Of a stretch of 64,000 nucleotides of DNA, positions 17,810 through 29,088 are shown one piece after another. A program made the position numbers and the translations under genes. Positions within the stretch are counted from its first letter, which is position 1, and each line of letters starts with the position of its first letter. The notes beneath the pieces were generated by a model. It saw nothing but the letters and a program-made list of their open reading frames with translations, made no database searches and had not been told where the DNA came from. The stretch is from an uncultured Caulobacteraceae bacterium (GTDB lineage Bacteria; Pseudomonadota; Alphaproteobacteria; Caulobacterales; Caulobacteraceae), in assembly GCA_964242625.1 (NCBI GenBank), contig CAXTAO010000007.1, positions 7,484 through 71,483 on the forward strand. Direction: 5' to 3'.

Positions 17810-19183
17810 TCAGCCGGTGACGCCGCCCTTCTCGGGGCGCCGCCCCTGTTGTTGGCCCAGCTTGCGCAGCCGCTTCACGTCTTCCGGCGTGACAGCGAGG
17901 GCGTGGTTGCCCCAGGCGTTGCGTACAAAAGTGGCGAGCTCGGCGATCTCAGTGTCCGAATAGCGCCATCCGTAGGCGGGCATCGCCAGCGCCGAGGGCG
18001 CCCCGGCGGTGGCGGGCAGACGCGCACCGTTCAGTATGGCCGACACCGTCGAGGCGGGGCTCGCTTGGAGCACGGTCGTGTTGCCGGCCAGGGCGGGCAT
18101 GGCGTGGTTCCAGCCGCCGCCGTCCCACCGGTGGCAGGCCGAGCAGCTGTCCATGTACATGCGCGCGCCGGAGGAGGCGCGCCCGGCGACCATGGCGCTG
18201 TAGGTCGCCCCGCTGGGCGCGAAGCCCGCGGGCGTGGCGGGGCCGGGCCCGAGCGACTTCAGGTACACGGCGATGGCGTGCAGGTCGGCGTCGCTCAGGT
18301 GCTGGGTGCTGTAGGACACCACCTCGGCCATCTGGCCCGACACCGAGTGCGTGGCGGTGCGGCCCGTCTTCAACAACTCGACGACGTCGTCGGCGCTCCA
18401 CCGCCCGAGCCCCGTCCAGCTGTTGGCGCGCAGGTTGGTGGCCGACTGGCCGTCGAGTTCGGCGCCCGAGAGGTAGCGCCGGCCGTCGTCGCGGGAGGCA
18501 AGCTCCTGGAAGGCGAGGCCGCGCGGCGTGTGGCAGGCCCCGCAGTGCTCGAATCCTTCCACGAGGTAGGCGCCGCGGTTGCGCTCGGCGCTTGTCGCCG
18601 GGTCGGGCCGGAAGCGCGTGTCGTCCAGGAAGAGCTTGTTCCAGAACGCCAGGGGCCAGCGGATGGAGAGCGGCCAGACGATGGCGCTCGGCCGGTTGGG
18701 CTGGGCCGACGGCGCGACGCCGTGCTGGAAGTAGGCCCACAGGTCCTGCAGGTCGGCGTCCGATGTCTTCGTGTACGAGGGATAGGGCATGGCGGGGTAG
18801 AGCCGCCGGCCGTTGCGCGCCACCCCTTGGCGCATCATCCGGATGAACTCGGGCAGGGTGTAGGCGCCCGCACCGTGGGTGCGGTCGGGGGTGATGTTGG
18901 GCGGATAGACCGCCCCAAGCGGTGTGCGCAGCGCGGCGCCCCCGGCGAAGGGCGCTCCGCCCGGGCGCGAGTGGCAGGCCACGCAATCGCCCGCCGTGGC
19001 CAGATAGGCGCCGCGGCCCACGTCCGGCGTGCGCGCGGCGATGTCGCGCGGGAGGTTCGGCAAAGGCGCCGGCAAGGCCCAGGCGAGCGCCGCACCCCCG
19101 GCCAGGACCACGACGCCCGCCAGCGCCGCGGCCGCACCCATCCAGCCGCGCCCGCGGCGTTCGGCTCCCCCGTGACGGGTCAT
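17810..19183 (-). CDS. Tri-haem cytochrome c subunit of a membrane-bound flavoprotein dehydrogenase
   Basis: Three CxxCH motifs (CVACH, CGACH, CSACH). The start ATG at 19183 overlaps the upstream stop (TGATG). N-terminal TM/signal region GAAAALAGVVVLAGGAALAWA. Confidence 0.9.
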   Translation of the reverse strand: MTRHGGAERRGRGWMGAAAALAGVVVLAGGAALAWALPAPLPNLPRDIAARTPDVGRGAYLATAGDCVACHSRPGGAPFAGGAALRTPLGAVYPPNITPDRTHGAGAYTLPEFIRMMRQGVARNGRRLYPAMPYPSYTKTSDADLQDLWAYFQHGVAPSAQPNRPSAIVWPLSIRWPLAFWNKLFLDDTRFRPDPATSAERNRGAYLVEGFEHCGACHTPRGLAFQELASRDDGRRYLSGAELDGQSATNLRANSWTGLGRWSADDVVELLKTGRTATHSVSGQMAEVVSYSTQHLSDADLHAIAVYLKSLGPGPATPAGFAPSGATYSAMVAGRASSGARMYMDSCSACHRWDGGGWNHAMPALAGNTTVLQASPASTVSAILNGARLPATAGAPSALAMPAYGWRYSDTEIAELATFVRNAWGNHALAVTPEDVKRLRKLGQQQGRRPEKGGVTG

Positions 19184-20958
19184 CAGGCGGCCACCAGGGC
19201 GCTGGGACGCTTCAAGTACTGTGAGCGAATGTTGCTGACCGACCAATAGGCCAGCGCGCCCACGAGTCCGGTCGGATTGTAGCCTATGCCGTTGCTGAAG
19301 AGGTTTGCGCCCGCCACGAAGACGTTGTGTACATCCCAGCTCTGGCAGTACCGGTTCACCGCACTCGTCTTCGGATCGGTCCCCATGGAGGTGCCGCCGT
19401 TGATGTGAGTGGACTGGTATTCGCGCGTGTCCCAGCTGTCGCCGGGCTTGAGCACCCGCCCGGACTGCGAGGTCGCGCCCATGGCGTGGCCGATGCCCTC
19501 GATCTTGCCGGCCACGTACTGCGACATGCGCAGATCGTTGTCCTGCCAGTTGAGCGTCATGCGCAGAAGCGGCGTGCCGTAGGCGTCCTTGTAGGTCGGA
19601 TCGAGGTCCATGAAGCACTGACGGTAGGGCATGTTGGAGCACTGCGCCTCAATCCGCCCGGTGTGCAGGAAGTTGTCCTTGACAGCCTTCTTCCAGTCGG
19701 AGCCCCACTTGGGCGTGCCCTTGGGCAGCGGAACACCCCGCACCGGGCCGTTGCCGGTCTGGCGGCCCCAGATCACCCCGCCGCCGATGAAGTTCAGCGG
19801 ACCGTGGTCGAAATTATCGGAGTAGAAGTCGTCTATCGCCTGCCCGCAGCCGCCCGCGCCGATGAACTGGTTGATGTACACGCTCTTGTCGAAGAACATG
19901 TTGACGCTGGACAAGAGCTGGTAGGCGAAGTTGCGGCCGACCACGCCTTGGCCGGTGGCGACGTCATATGGCTTGCCAATGCCCGAGGTGAGCATCAGCC
20001 TGACGTTGTGGAGATGGAAAGCGGCCAGGACCACCAGGGCGGCGGGCTGCTCGACCTCTTGTCCGTGGGCGTCCAGATAGGTGACGCCGGTCGCGGTCTT
20101 GCCGTCGGCGGCGAGGTTGACCTTCAGCACGTGGCTGTTGGCGCGCAGCTCGAAGTTGGGCTTCTGGGCCAAGTACGGCATGACGCAGGTCTGCGGACTG
20201 GCCTTTGAATAGTTGATGCAGCCGTAGTCGGAGCAGAAGCCGCAGTAGTTGCACGGGGCGAGCTGGCAGCCGTAGGTGTTGCGGTAGGGCGCGCTCATGT
20301 TGGCCGATGGCAGGGCGTAAGGGTGGTAGCCCAGCTCGCGCACCGCCTTGGCGAACAGCTGGCCGGTCGGGTGGTCCTTCTGCGCCGGCAGGGGGAAGGG
20401 GCTGGAGCGCTTCGGTTCGAAGTGGTTGCCCTGGCCCGTGATCTGGCCGTTGACGTTGTTGGCGTTCGAGGAGGTGCCGATCACCTTCTCCCAACGATCG
20501 AAGTGCGGCTCCAGGTCGTCGTAGCTGACACCCCAGTCTTGCAGCTGCATGTCGGGCGCGATGATCTTCTTACCGTAGCGCTCGCTATAGTGCTTGGCCA
20601 GGTTCAGCTCTTCGGGCATGACCCGGCTGTGCACGCCCGACCAGTGGACGCCGGCGCCGCCCACGCCCTCGCCGGGCTTGAACGAACCGATTTGCCGGTA
20701 GGGCGCGGCCACCTGCGAGGCGTCGTGCCGCAGCGTCACCGTCGTCTTGGACAGGTTCTGCAGCAGGGTGTTGCGCGCCGACTGGCTGATCTCGTCGTTG
20801 ACCTTGGGATAGGCCCAGTTGGGCACGGTGTCCTGGTGGTCGCCGCGCTCGATGGCGACGATGGACAGCCCCTCCTGGACGAGCTCGGCGGCCATGATCG
20901 CCCCGGTCCAGCCGAAGCCCACGATGACCACGTCGACAGGGCGCTTGCGTTCGGTCAT
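19183..20958 (-). CDS. GMC-family FAD flavoprotein, large subunit of a gluconate 2-dehydrogenase-like enzyme
   Basis: N-terminal dinucleotide fold VDVVIVGFGWTGAIMAAELVQEGLSIVAIERG. Length and C-terminal GMC region fit. 4-nt overlap with the upstream small subunit. Confidence 0.9.
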   Translation of the reverse strand: MTERKRPVDVVIVGFGWTGAIMAAELVQEGLSIVAIERGDHQDTVPNWAYPKVNDEISQSARNTLLQNLSKTTVTLRHDASQVAAPYRQIGSFKPGEGVGGAGVHWSGVHSRVMPEELNLAKHYSERYGKKIIAPDMQLQDWGVSYDDLEPHFDRWEKVIGTSSNANNVNGQITGQGNHFEPKRSSPFPLPAQKDHPTGQLFAKAVRELGYHPYALPSANMSAPYRNTYGCQLAPCNYCGFCSDYGCINYSKASPQTCVMPYLAQKPNFELRANSHVLKVNLAADGKTATGVTYLDAHGQEVEQPAALVVLAAFHLHNVRLMLTSGIGKPYDVATGQGVVGRNFAYQLLSSVNMFFDKSVYINQFIGAGGCGQAIDDFYSDNFDHGPLNFIGGGVIWGRQTGNGPVRGVPLPKGTPKWGSDWKKAVKDNFLHTGRIEAQCSNMPYRQCFMDLDPTYKDAYGTPLLRMTLNWQDNDLRMSQYVAGKIEGIGHAMGATSQSGRVLKPGDSWDTREYQSTHINGGTSMGTDPKTSAVNRYCQSWDVHNVFVAGANLFSNGIGYNPTGLVGALAYWSVSNIRSQYLKRPSALVAA

Positions 20959-21707
20959 GCGCCCTTCGCCTCACGGCCGTGCAGGCTCACCGGTCCGTAA
21001 GGATAGCGCTCAAGCCGATTGGCCCAGTCCATATAGTCGGCCCGGACGCCGGGATATCCGATCATGGTCCACGACCCCATGTCCTTGTTGCCGCCGTACA
21101 TCGGGTCGCCGAAATAGCCCTCCATGGTGTTCTTCAGGAGGAAGCTGGTGAAGAAGCTTTTCAGATTAAAATCACCAGACCTGGCGTCGCCGCTCTCCAT
21201 CGCCTTGAGCACGGCGTCGCGGTCGGCTACCGCCAAGTCGGCGAAGGACTTGCCGTGGACCTTGCGGCAGTAGTCGTCGACGGCGCGCACGCCCAGGCGG
21301 TATTGCTCGCGCGGTGTCAGCTTGGACTGGTAGCCGAACTCGGGCTCCGCCTTGATGAAGGGCGCCTGCATGTACCAGCGCGCGCCCTCGGCCCAGGGCG
21401 TCTGCATCTGGCGGTCGATGTACTCGGCCACGCCCAGCTCCAGCGCGCCGGGGCCGTGCTCGTCGCGCGGGATCAGCCGGTCCACCGCGGCGCACACGAA
21501 GGCCCACTCGGCGACGGAGAAGAAGCTGGGCCGATAGCCCGGATGGGTGACGTGCCCCTCCTGCGGGGCGCCCGCGCCCAGGTCGTCGCGCCCGGGCGTG
21601 GCGACCTGCGCGCCAGCCATGTCGGCGGCCAGCAGGGCGGCGGCGGGCGCGAGGACGGCGGAGCCCCGGAGGAGGCGGCGGCGGGTAGGGTCGGGCGTAT
21701 CGGCCAT
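20955..21707 (-). CDS. Gluconate 2-dehydrogenase subunit 3 (gamma)-like small subunit with Tat signal
   Basis: Twin-arginine leader TRRRLLRGSAVLAPAAALLA. AAGGAG SD. Sits at the head of the three-gene dehydrogenase operon. Confidence 0.85.
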   Translation of the reverse strand: MADTPDPTRRRLLRGSAVLAPAAALLAADMAGAQVATPGRDDLGAGAPQEGHVTHPGYRPSFFSVAEWAFVCAAVDRLIPRDEHGPGALELGVAEYIDRQMQTPWAEGARWYMQAPFIKAEPEFGYQSKLTPREQYRLGVRAVDDYCRKVHGKSFADLAVADRDAVLKAMESGDARSGDFNLKSFFTSFLLKNTMEGYFGDPMYGGNKDMGSWTMIGYPGVRADYMDWANRLERYPYGPVSLHGREAKGA

Positions 21708-21832
21708 GACGCACTCCTTGCCCGCCGCGCGTTACGCCTGGCCGGCCCCGTCCGCCACATCAAAGGGGGGATCGCGGGCGGGCGCCGACGATTCCGATCA
21801 CGCCGCCCGCAAGCAGGAGAGAGAGAGAGCAC

Positions 21833-22825
<993 letters not shown>

Positions 22826-23159
22826 GCTGACGCGGGTTTGGCTACGGGGAGATGCGCACGCTTGGCGATGGGCCGTGGGCGAGTTCTTTGGGCCGCGCGC
22901 GAACGTCTGCTTTCTGAAGCCGCCCGACGTCCGATTCGACCACCGAAGGACGGCTCAGGCCGACCTTTTCTGACACCTCACCCGGTCAAGCGAGGCGCGC
23001 GGAGTCGGGCTCCGCGCGCCTCCCCGTCAGCTCCTGAAGAAGGCCGGGAGGTCGGCGTCAATCAGGTCGTAGGGGACGGTCGGCATACCGTGCGGCAGGC
23101 CCGGATGGGCCGCGGGCACCGCGCCGTGGGCCTCACGGTCTCCTTGCGGGAGGCGGAGG

Positions 23160-23858
23160 TCAGGCGGCGTCGACCAGGACGATCTCGGCGTCCTCGTCGG
23201 CGGTGACGGTCAGAACGGGCTCGCCCGTGATGGCCGCGCCGTCGCGCGCCTCCAGCCGGACGCCGTTGACGCGGACCACGCCCCTGGCCGGCACGAGGTA
23301 GGCGTGGTGCGCCTCGCCCAGCGCATATTGCGCGCTCTCGCCCGCCTTCAGCGTGGCGCCCACCACGCGGGCGTCGGTGCGGATGGGCAGGGCGTCGGCG
23401 TCTTCGGCGAAGCCGCTCGCCAAGGTCACGAAGCGGCCGGAGCGCTCGCCCTTGGGAAAGGGCTTGGCGCCCCACGACGGGGATGCGCCGTGCGTCTTGG
23501 GCTGGATCCAGATCTGGAAGATCTGGGTCGCGCCGGGCTCACGGTTGTACTCGGAGTGGCGCACGCCCGAGCCCGCGCTCATCACCTGCACGTCACCCGC
23601 TTCGGTGCGGCCGGTGTTGCCCAGGCTGTCCTGGTGGGTGATCGCGCCTTCGCGGACGTAGGTGATGATCTCCATGTCGGCATGGGGATGCGGAGGGAAG
23701 CCGGTCCCGGCGGCGATCGTGTCGTCGTTCCACACCCGGATCGGACCCCAGCCCATGCGTGCGGGGTCGTGGTAGCCTGCGAAGGAGAAGTGGTGCTTGG
23801 CGTCGAGCCAGCCATGGTCGGCGCCGCCGAGCGTCGCGAAGGGTCTGCGTTCGATCAT
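23160..23858 (-). CDS. Pirin family protein
   Basis: I prefer the internal ATG at 23858 after GGGGAGG. FPPHPHADMEIITYVREGAITHQDSLGN and QVMSAGSGVRHSE are cupin/pirin motifs. Confidence 0.88.
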   Translation of the reverse strand: MIERRPFATLGGADHGWLDAKHHFSFAGYHDPARMGWGPIRVWNDDTIAAGTGFPPHPHADMEIITYVREGAITHQDSLGNTGRTEAGDVQVMSAGSGVRHSEYNREPGATQIFQIWIQPKTHGASPSWGAKPFPKGERSGRFVTLASGFAEDADALPIRTDARVVGATLKAGESAQYALGEAHHAYLVPARGVVRVNGVRLEARDGAAITGEPVLTVTADEDAEIVLVDAA

Positions 23859-23964
23859 CGGAGGCCTCCCCAGGAGCGCCATCCGCTCCCCTGCCGCCGA
23901 AAGATGACGACAGTGGCGGGGCGAAGAAATAGAAACCTCGGAACCATACCGGTACCCAGGATTG

Positions 23965-24936
23965 ATGCGACGGCTGCCTGACTTCGAGGCGTGGGCCATC
24001 TTCGCCAAGGTGGCCCAACTGGGCTCCTTCGCCCGCGCGGCGGAGGCGCTCGGCCTGTCGAAGCCGACCGTCTCCAAGGCGATCAGCCGGCTCGAGAGCC
24101 AGCTCGGCGCCTCGCTCCTGAGCCGCACCTCGCGGCGGCTGGCGCTGACGGAGAGCGGCCGGGCCTGCCTGGAGCGCGCGACGCGCATACTGGCCGAGGG
24201 CGAGGCGGCGGAGGACGAGGGCGTCGCCCAAGCGGGGAGCCCGCGCGGTCGCGTGCGCGTCAACGCCCCGCTGTCGTTCGGCGTCGCCTATCTCGGAGAG
24301 GCGATGTCAGGCTTCATGCGAGCCTACCCCGACATCCGCCTGGACCTCGCGCTGAGCGACCGCCGAGTCGATCTCGTGGCCGAGGGCGTCGACCTCGCGA
24401 TCCGCATCGCCGCGCTGGAGGACTCGTCGCTTCTCGCCCGGCGCCTCTGCACCGTGCGGCTCTTGCTGGTGGCGGCGCCGGAGTACCTGGAGCGGCACGG
24501 GCGCCCCACCCATCCCACCGAGCTCGAGCGCCACTCCGCGATGATCTACACGGGCGGGGCGGCGCCTGGGACCTGGCGCTTCGATCACCCGCGCTTCGGC
24601 CAGGCGACCGTGACGCCGCCGGCGCGGGTGCTCACCGACAACGCCGACCTGCTGACGCCGGCGCTCGTGGACGGCGTGGGGCTGGCCCTGCAGCCGGAGT
24701 TCCTGGTCTGGCGCGAGTTGCAGGCCGGCGCGCTCGAGGTGGTCATGCCGGAGTGGTCGCCGCCGGTGCTGGGGCTCTACCTCCTCATGCCGCCGAGCCC
24801 CCGGCGCCCCCTGCGCGTGCAGGTGCTGATCGACCATCTCGCCGGCGCTCTCGCCCACCCCCCGTGGCGCGATCCCGCCCGGCAAGCGTCCGCTGCGCCC
24901 CTATCCGGTCAGGCGGCGGCTCCCAGCACGCGCTGA
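23965..24936 (+). CDS. LysR family transcriptional regulator (divergent from the pirin gene)
   Basis: HTH FAKVAQLGSFARAAEALGLSKPTVSKAISRLESQLGASLLSRTSRRLALTESG, followed by a substrate-binding domain. Confidence 0.9.
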   Translation: MRRLPDFEAWAIFAKVAQLGSFARAAEALGLSKPTVSKAISRLESQLGASLLSRTSRRLALTESGRACLERATRILAEGEAAEDEGVAQAGSPRGRVRVNAPLSFGVAYLGEAMSGFMRAYPDIRLDLALSDRRVDLVAEGVDLAIRIAALEDSSLLARRLCTVRLLLVAAPEYLERHGRPTHPTELERHSAMIYTGGAAPGTWRFDHPRFGQATVTPPARVLTDNADLLTPALVDGVGLALQPEFLVWRELQAGALEVVMPEWSPPVLGLYLLMPPSPRRPLRVQVLIDHLAGALAHPPWRDPARQASAAPLSGQAAAPSTR

Positions 24937-26744
24937 TAGAGCCGTGTCGGTTCGCTTCCGACGGCGAAATACGGCTTGAACGTCTGCCGCCCCGTGCCGC
25001 CCTGAAGGGTCCAGGAATCCGATCCGGCCGCGACTTGGTGCAGGCTGGCGAGTTGGGCGCGCGTGAGCGGCGCGAAGCGATCTCCGGTCGCGAACAGCGC
25101 GAGCGGCCCCTGCACCATCGCTACCTGATCCCCGTGGAGGCCGTCGACCGGCTCGGCGCGGAGCGGTCGGTCGATCTCGAGCGTGACGCGGTCGCCGCTG
25201 CGCCACTCGCGCCTGATCGTGGCGAAGCGGCCCGGCGCCGGCCGGGGAGCGTCGTCGCCGTTAATCCGCAGCCGCGTCGCCGGCCCCGCCCACGCCGGGA
25301 TGCGCAGGCGCAATGCCATGACGACGGGGCGCGGCGCGGCCACTGTCATCGCCACCTCGTCGCCGAGAGGGTAGGTTCCGCCCTGGGTCAGCGTCAGCGC
25401 CGGCTCCCCTCCGCGCCGCCACAACAGGCGCGAGGGCGTGTAGAGGTTCACGAACACTCCGTCCCCGTCGACGAGGTAGGCGCTGACGCCGTAATCGGCG
25501 GTGAGCTGGCCGATGCTGCCCGAACAACACGGGCAGGTGTACTCGAAATAGCTCTTCGCGCCCACCTCGTTGTAGTCGGCGTAGTAGAAGGCCGAGCCGT
25601 CGGCCTGCAGGGGCAAGGCTCCGAGCGCCGCGTTGTAGAACAGGCGTTCCATGCCGTCCCCCCAGCGACTGTCGCCCGTTGCGCGCATCAGGTATCGCGC
25701 CACCTTGAAGTGGCCGTAGCTGCCGCACGGGGCCTCGAAGCTTGCGTGAGTGGTGGCGAGGCTCTCGCCGAGCTTGCCCGAGCCCGCCTCCACGAAGGCT
25801 TCGTTCGGGCCCCAGCCGCCGGTGGCGAAGCTCTGGGCGAGCACGAAGCCCATCCCGTTGCGCGCCGCGGCGAGGTGCTTGGGGTCGCCGTCCACGAGGT
25901 AGGCCTTCATGGCGGAGGCGAGCGCGTTGACGTGGCTGTAGGCGTGGCGGCCCGGGAGCACGTTGCGGCCCGCGGCCAGCGGCTCGAAATAGCTGGCGTC
26001 CAGCAGGTAGGCGCGCGCCATCCGGCGGAACCGGTCGCCGGCGCCGAGGTCGGCGGCGATGTGCAGGTTCTCGGGCAGGGTGTAGGTCTCGTCCCAGCCG
26101 AAGGCCACGTTGGGACGGGTGCGCCGCTGCGCCTCCGTCCGGTCCACCGCGTGGCCGGGCAGGAAGGGCTGGGCGGCGTCGGCCACCGAGCCGAGGAGAC
26201 GCAGCGCCTGCGGGTCGTCGGCGTAGCGGTGCGCGTCGATCAGGCCGATCGCGGTCTTGTCGAAGGTGTAGGCCGGCAGCGGATAGTCGCGGAAGAAGTC
26301 GGGCGTGATCGTCGGCGCGAAGCCGACGACGAGGCGGTGCACCTTGGCCTTGGCTGCGACGTCTCCTGTCGCGGCGTAACCTCGCGCAAGCGCCGACACG
26401 TACTGACCCCAGCTATGGCCCGGGATGAAGCCGGTCATGTTCCTGGGAGGGTCGAACGCGGGCGTCGCGTCGTACCAGCCGCCGAGCCCGCGCGAAGCGA
26501 CCGGCAGACCCGCGGCCTGGCGGAAGGGCCGCAGGAGCGCGTCCTCGTCAATCGCGAGCAGCGCGTCGAGCGTCCTGCGGGCCTGGCGATGGGCCATGCC
26601 GTCGAGCAGTTCGACGTCGCGGTGGTCCGGCTCGCGGGGGAGCGCCGACCCGGACCCGGACGCGGGACCTGCGCCCGCCCTCCACGGCAGCGCCGAAGCC
26701 GCCGCGGCGACCCCGGCCGTCGCGATCACCGATCGTCTGTTCAT
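24909..26744 (-). CDS. DUF1680 / GH127-family beta-L-arabinofuranosidase-like glycoside hydrolase, Tat-exported
   Basis: I prefer the internal ATG at 26744 (MNRRSVIATAGVAAAASALP, a Tat-like leader). Size fits, and the Cys cluster YTCPCCSGS recalls the GH127 Zn/Cys site. Confidence 0.75.
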   Translation of the reverse strand: MNRRSVIATAGVAAAASALPWRAGAGPASGSGSALPREPDHRDVELLDGMAHRQARRTLDALLAIDEDALLRPFRQAAGLPVASRGLGGWYDATPAFDPPRNMTGFIPGHSWGQYVSALARGYAATGDVAAKAKVHRLVVGFAPTITPDFFRDYPLPAYTFDKTAIGLIDAHRYADDPQALRLLGSVADAAQPFLPGHAVDRTEAQRRTRPNVAFGWDETYTLPENLHIAADLGAGDRFRRMARAYLLDASYFEPLAAGRNVLPGRHAYSHVNALASAMKAYLVDGDPKHLAAARNGMGFVLAQSFATGGWGPNEAFVEAGSGKLGESLATTHASFEAPCGSYGHFKVARYLMRATGDSRWGDGMERLFYNAALGALPLQADGSAFYYADYNEVGAKSYFEYTCPCCSGSIGQLTADYGVSAYLVDGDGVFVNLYTPSRLLWRRGGEPALTLTQGGTYPLGDEVAMTVAAPRPVVMALRLRIPAWAGPATRLRINGDDAPRPAPGRFATIRREWRSGDRVTLEIDRPLRAEPVDGLHGDQVAMVQGPLALFATGDRFAPLTRAQLASLHQVAAGSDSWTLQGGTGRQTFKPYFAVGSEPTRLYQRVLGAAA

Positions 26745-26943
26745 CGCTCTCCACCCGACCCGACTGATCGCGGGGCAGCGTGGGCCCATCACGCCGGTCG
26801 TCGCAAGCGATGTCGTCGCGCTCGGCCCGTGTTGGTCGCGCGCGGGCAACGTCGGCTAGGCAAGTCGCGCTCCCCCCTTCACAGTTCGGGGGCCCATAGC
26901 TCCCGGGGTTGATCGACGGTCGAGGTCGAAAGTCGCGCCCAAA

Positions 26944-29088
26944 GTGAAACCCAGCGCCGTGTGCGCGATGGTCTTGGGATTGGCCCTCGCAAGCCGCGCC
27001 CACGCCGAGGACGGCTATGCGCTCTGGCTTCGCTACGCGCGGGCGCCGGCTGCGCAGCAACTCGCCTACGCCCAGGCCCTGCGCGAGGTCGCCGGCGCGA
27101 CCACCAGCCCCACGCTCCTCGCCGCCCAGGCGGAACTGCTGCGCGGCGTGCGCGGGATCACCGGCGTCGCGCCGATCGTCGCGCCCGCGCCCGACCGCGA
27201 CGGCGCCGTGGTGTTCGGCACGCCCGCCTCGTCGCCGGTGGTGGCGGCGCTGCGCTTGCCGCTGCAGCGGGTCGGCGCCGAGGGCTACGTCCTGCGCCGT
27301 GTCGTTGTGGGCGGCCGCGCGCTCATCGTGGTGGCGGGGAACACCGACGTGGGCGTGCTGCACGGCGCCTTCGCCCTCCTGCGGTTTGCGTCACAGGCCA
27401 AGCCCTTGAACGGGTTGGACGAGGTGTCCGCCCCCAAGCTGAAGCTGAGGGTGCTCGACCACTGGGACAACCTCGACCGCACCGTCGAGCGCGGCTACGC
27501 GGGCTTTTCGCTGTGGGACTGGCTGAAGCTGCCGGTGCTCAAGGACCCGCGCTACGTCGACTACGCGCGGGCGAACGCCTCCATCGGCGTCAACGGCGTC
27601 GTCTTGAACAACGTCAACGCCAGCGCCCTGAGCCTCACGCCGCTCTACCTCGAGAAGACGGCCGCCCTGGCGGACGTGTTCAGGCCCTACGGCGTCCGGG
27701 TCTACCTGTCGGCGCGCTTCTCGGCGCCGATCGAACTCGGCGGCTTGAAGACGGCCGACCCCCTCGATCCCGAGGTGCGCGCCTGGTGGCGGGCGAAAGC
27801 CGACGAGATCTACCGCCTCGTTCCGGACTTCGGCGGCTTCCTCGTCAAGGCGAACTCCGAAGGCCAGCCGGGGCCCCAGGACTACGGCCGCTCCCACGCC
27901 GAGGGGGCGAACGCCCTGGCCGCGGCGGTGGCGCCGCATGGCGGCGTCGTCATGTACCGCGCCTTCGTCTACTCGAACGACCACCCGCAGGATCGGGTGA
28001 AGCAGGGCTTCGACGAGTTCAAGCCGCTGGACGGCGCCTTCGCGCCCAACGTGCTGCTGCAGATCAAGAACGGTCCGCTCGACTTCCAGCCGCGCGAGCC
28101 CTTTCACCCACTGTTCGGCGCCCTGCCGAAGACGCCCGAGATGCTCGAAGTGCAGGTCACCAAGGAGTACCTCGGCTTCGCCACGCACCTCGTCTACCTG
28201 GGAGCGCTCTGGGAGGAGGTGCTGAAGTCGCGCACCGCCCGGCCAGGCCCCGCCTCGACCGTCGCGTCCGATCTCGAGCACGCGCCGGGCGGGCTCACGG
28301 GGATGGCCGGGGTGGCCAACGTGGGCACCGACCGGACCTGGTCGGGATCGGTGTTCGACCAGGCCAACTGGTATGCCTTCGGGCGCCTGGCGTGGGATCC
28401 GGATCACTCGTCCCGCGATATCGCGGCCGAATGGGCGGCGCAGACCTTTGCGCCCGACGCGGCGGTCACCGCGCCCGTGGTCGACATGATGATGCGCTCG
28501 CGCGAGGCGGTGGTCGACTACATGGAGCCCCTGGGGCTGGCCCACATCATGGCGCGCGACACCCACTACGGCCCGGGCCCGTGGGTGACCGGCGGCCCCC
28601 GCGCGGACTGGACGGCGACCTACTATCATCGCGCCGACCGCGACGGGGTGGGCTTCGAACGCGGGCCCGCGGGCAGCGACGCGGTCGCCCAGTACGCGCC
28701 GGAGATCGCAGCGGCCTGGGCGCGCGCCGACACGACGCCCGAGCGTCTGCTCCTGTGGTTCCATCACGTCTCCTGGGATCGGCGGATGTCCTCCGGGCTT
28801 ACGCTCTGGGAGGAGTTGGTCGCGCGGTACGATGAGGGGCTGGCGCAGGTGGCGGCCGCGCAGGCGACGTGGGCGGGCCTGCAGGACCGCATCGATCCCG
28901 AGCGTTTCCGCCTCGTGGCCGACGACCTGCGCATCCAGGCGGGCGAGGCGCGGTGGTGGCGCGACGCCTGCCTCGCCTACTTCAGCCGCGTGGGCGGACG
29001 TCCCCTGCCGCCCGGCGTGCGCGCGCCCGACCACATGCTCGAGTGGTACAAAACGCGGCAGCAGCCGGTCCTGCCCGGCGCGCGCTGA
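26944..29088 (+). CDS. aguA: Alpha-glucuronidase (GH67)
   Basis: Signal peptide followed by EDGYALWLRY, which is characteristic of the GH67 N-terminus. 714 aa with conserved central TIM-barrel motifs (GGFLVKANSEGQPGP). Confidence 0.88.
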   Translation: MKPSAVCAMVLGLALASRAHAEDGYALWLRYARAPAAQQLAYAQALREVAGATTSPTLLAAQAELLRGVRGITGVAPIVAPAPDRDGAVVFGTPASSPVVAALRLPLQRVGAEGYVLRRVVVGGRALIVVAGNTDVGVLHGAFALLRFASQAKPLNGLDEVSAPKLKLRVLDHWDNLDRTVERGYAGFSLWDWLKLPVLKDPRYVDYARANASIGVNGVVLNNVNASALSLTPLYLEKTAALADVFRPYGVRVYLSARFSAPIELGGLKTADPLDPEVRAWWRAKADEIYRLVPDFGGFLVKANSEGQPGPQDYGRSHAEGANALAAAVAPHGGVVMYRAFVYSNDHPQDRVKQGFDEFKPLDGAFAPNVLLQIKNGPLDFQPREPFHPLFGALPKTPEMLEVQVTKEYLGFATHLVYLGALWEEVLKSRTARPGPASTVASDLEHAPGGLTGMAGVANVGTDRTWSGSVFDQANWYAFGRLAWDPDHSSRDIAAEWAAQTFAPDAAVTAPVVDMMMRSREAVVDYMEPLGLAHIMARDTHYGPGPWVTGGPRADWTATYYHRADRDGVGFERGPAGSDAVAQYAPEIAAAWARADTTPERLLLWFHHVSWDRRMSSGLTLWEELVARYDEGLAQVAAAQATWAGLQDRIDPERFRLVADDLRIQAGEARWWRDACLAYFSRVGGRPLPPGVRAPDHMLEWYKTRQQPVLPGAR

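Noticed and set aside
23062-23135. A 24-codon Cys-containing ORF (VRPTARCPRPIRACRTVCRPSPTT) with an AAGGAGA-like SD just downstream of the pirin gene.
   Set aside because: It is too short and compositionally indistinguishable from the background. I can see no conservation or partner gene, so it cannot be supported from sequence alone.
23991-26912. Very long ORFs in the track that overlap better calls: 23991-26912 (+), 45100-47958 (+), 50848-53439 (+), 49967-52234 (-), 8925-10280 (-), 16480-17760 (-), 39102-40727 (+) and 53959-55908 (+).
   Set aside because: Their translations are dominated by Arg/Gly/Pro/Ala with almost no Lys, Ile, Asn, Phe or Tyr, and they carry no recognisable motifs. They lie antisense or out of frame to genes with clear family signatures. 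This is the usual stop-codon-poor artefact of high-G+C DNA.
28982-29088. A 107-nt convergent overlap of the GH67 and SGNH hydrolase genes, considered as a possible antisense-regulatory feature or a mis-call.
   Set aside because: The SGNH catalytic block V (GDHLHPS) ends well before the overlap. The overlapping tail is Arg/Ala-rich read-through to the first available stop, which is common in high-G+C genomes. There is no evidence for function.
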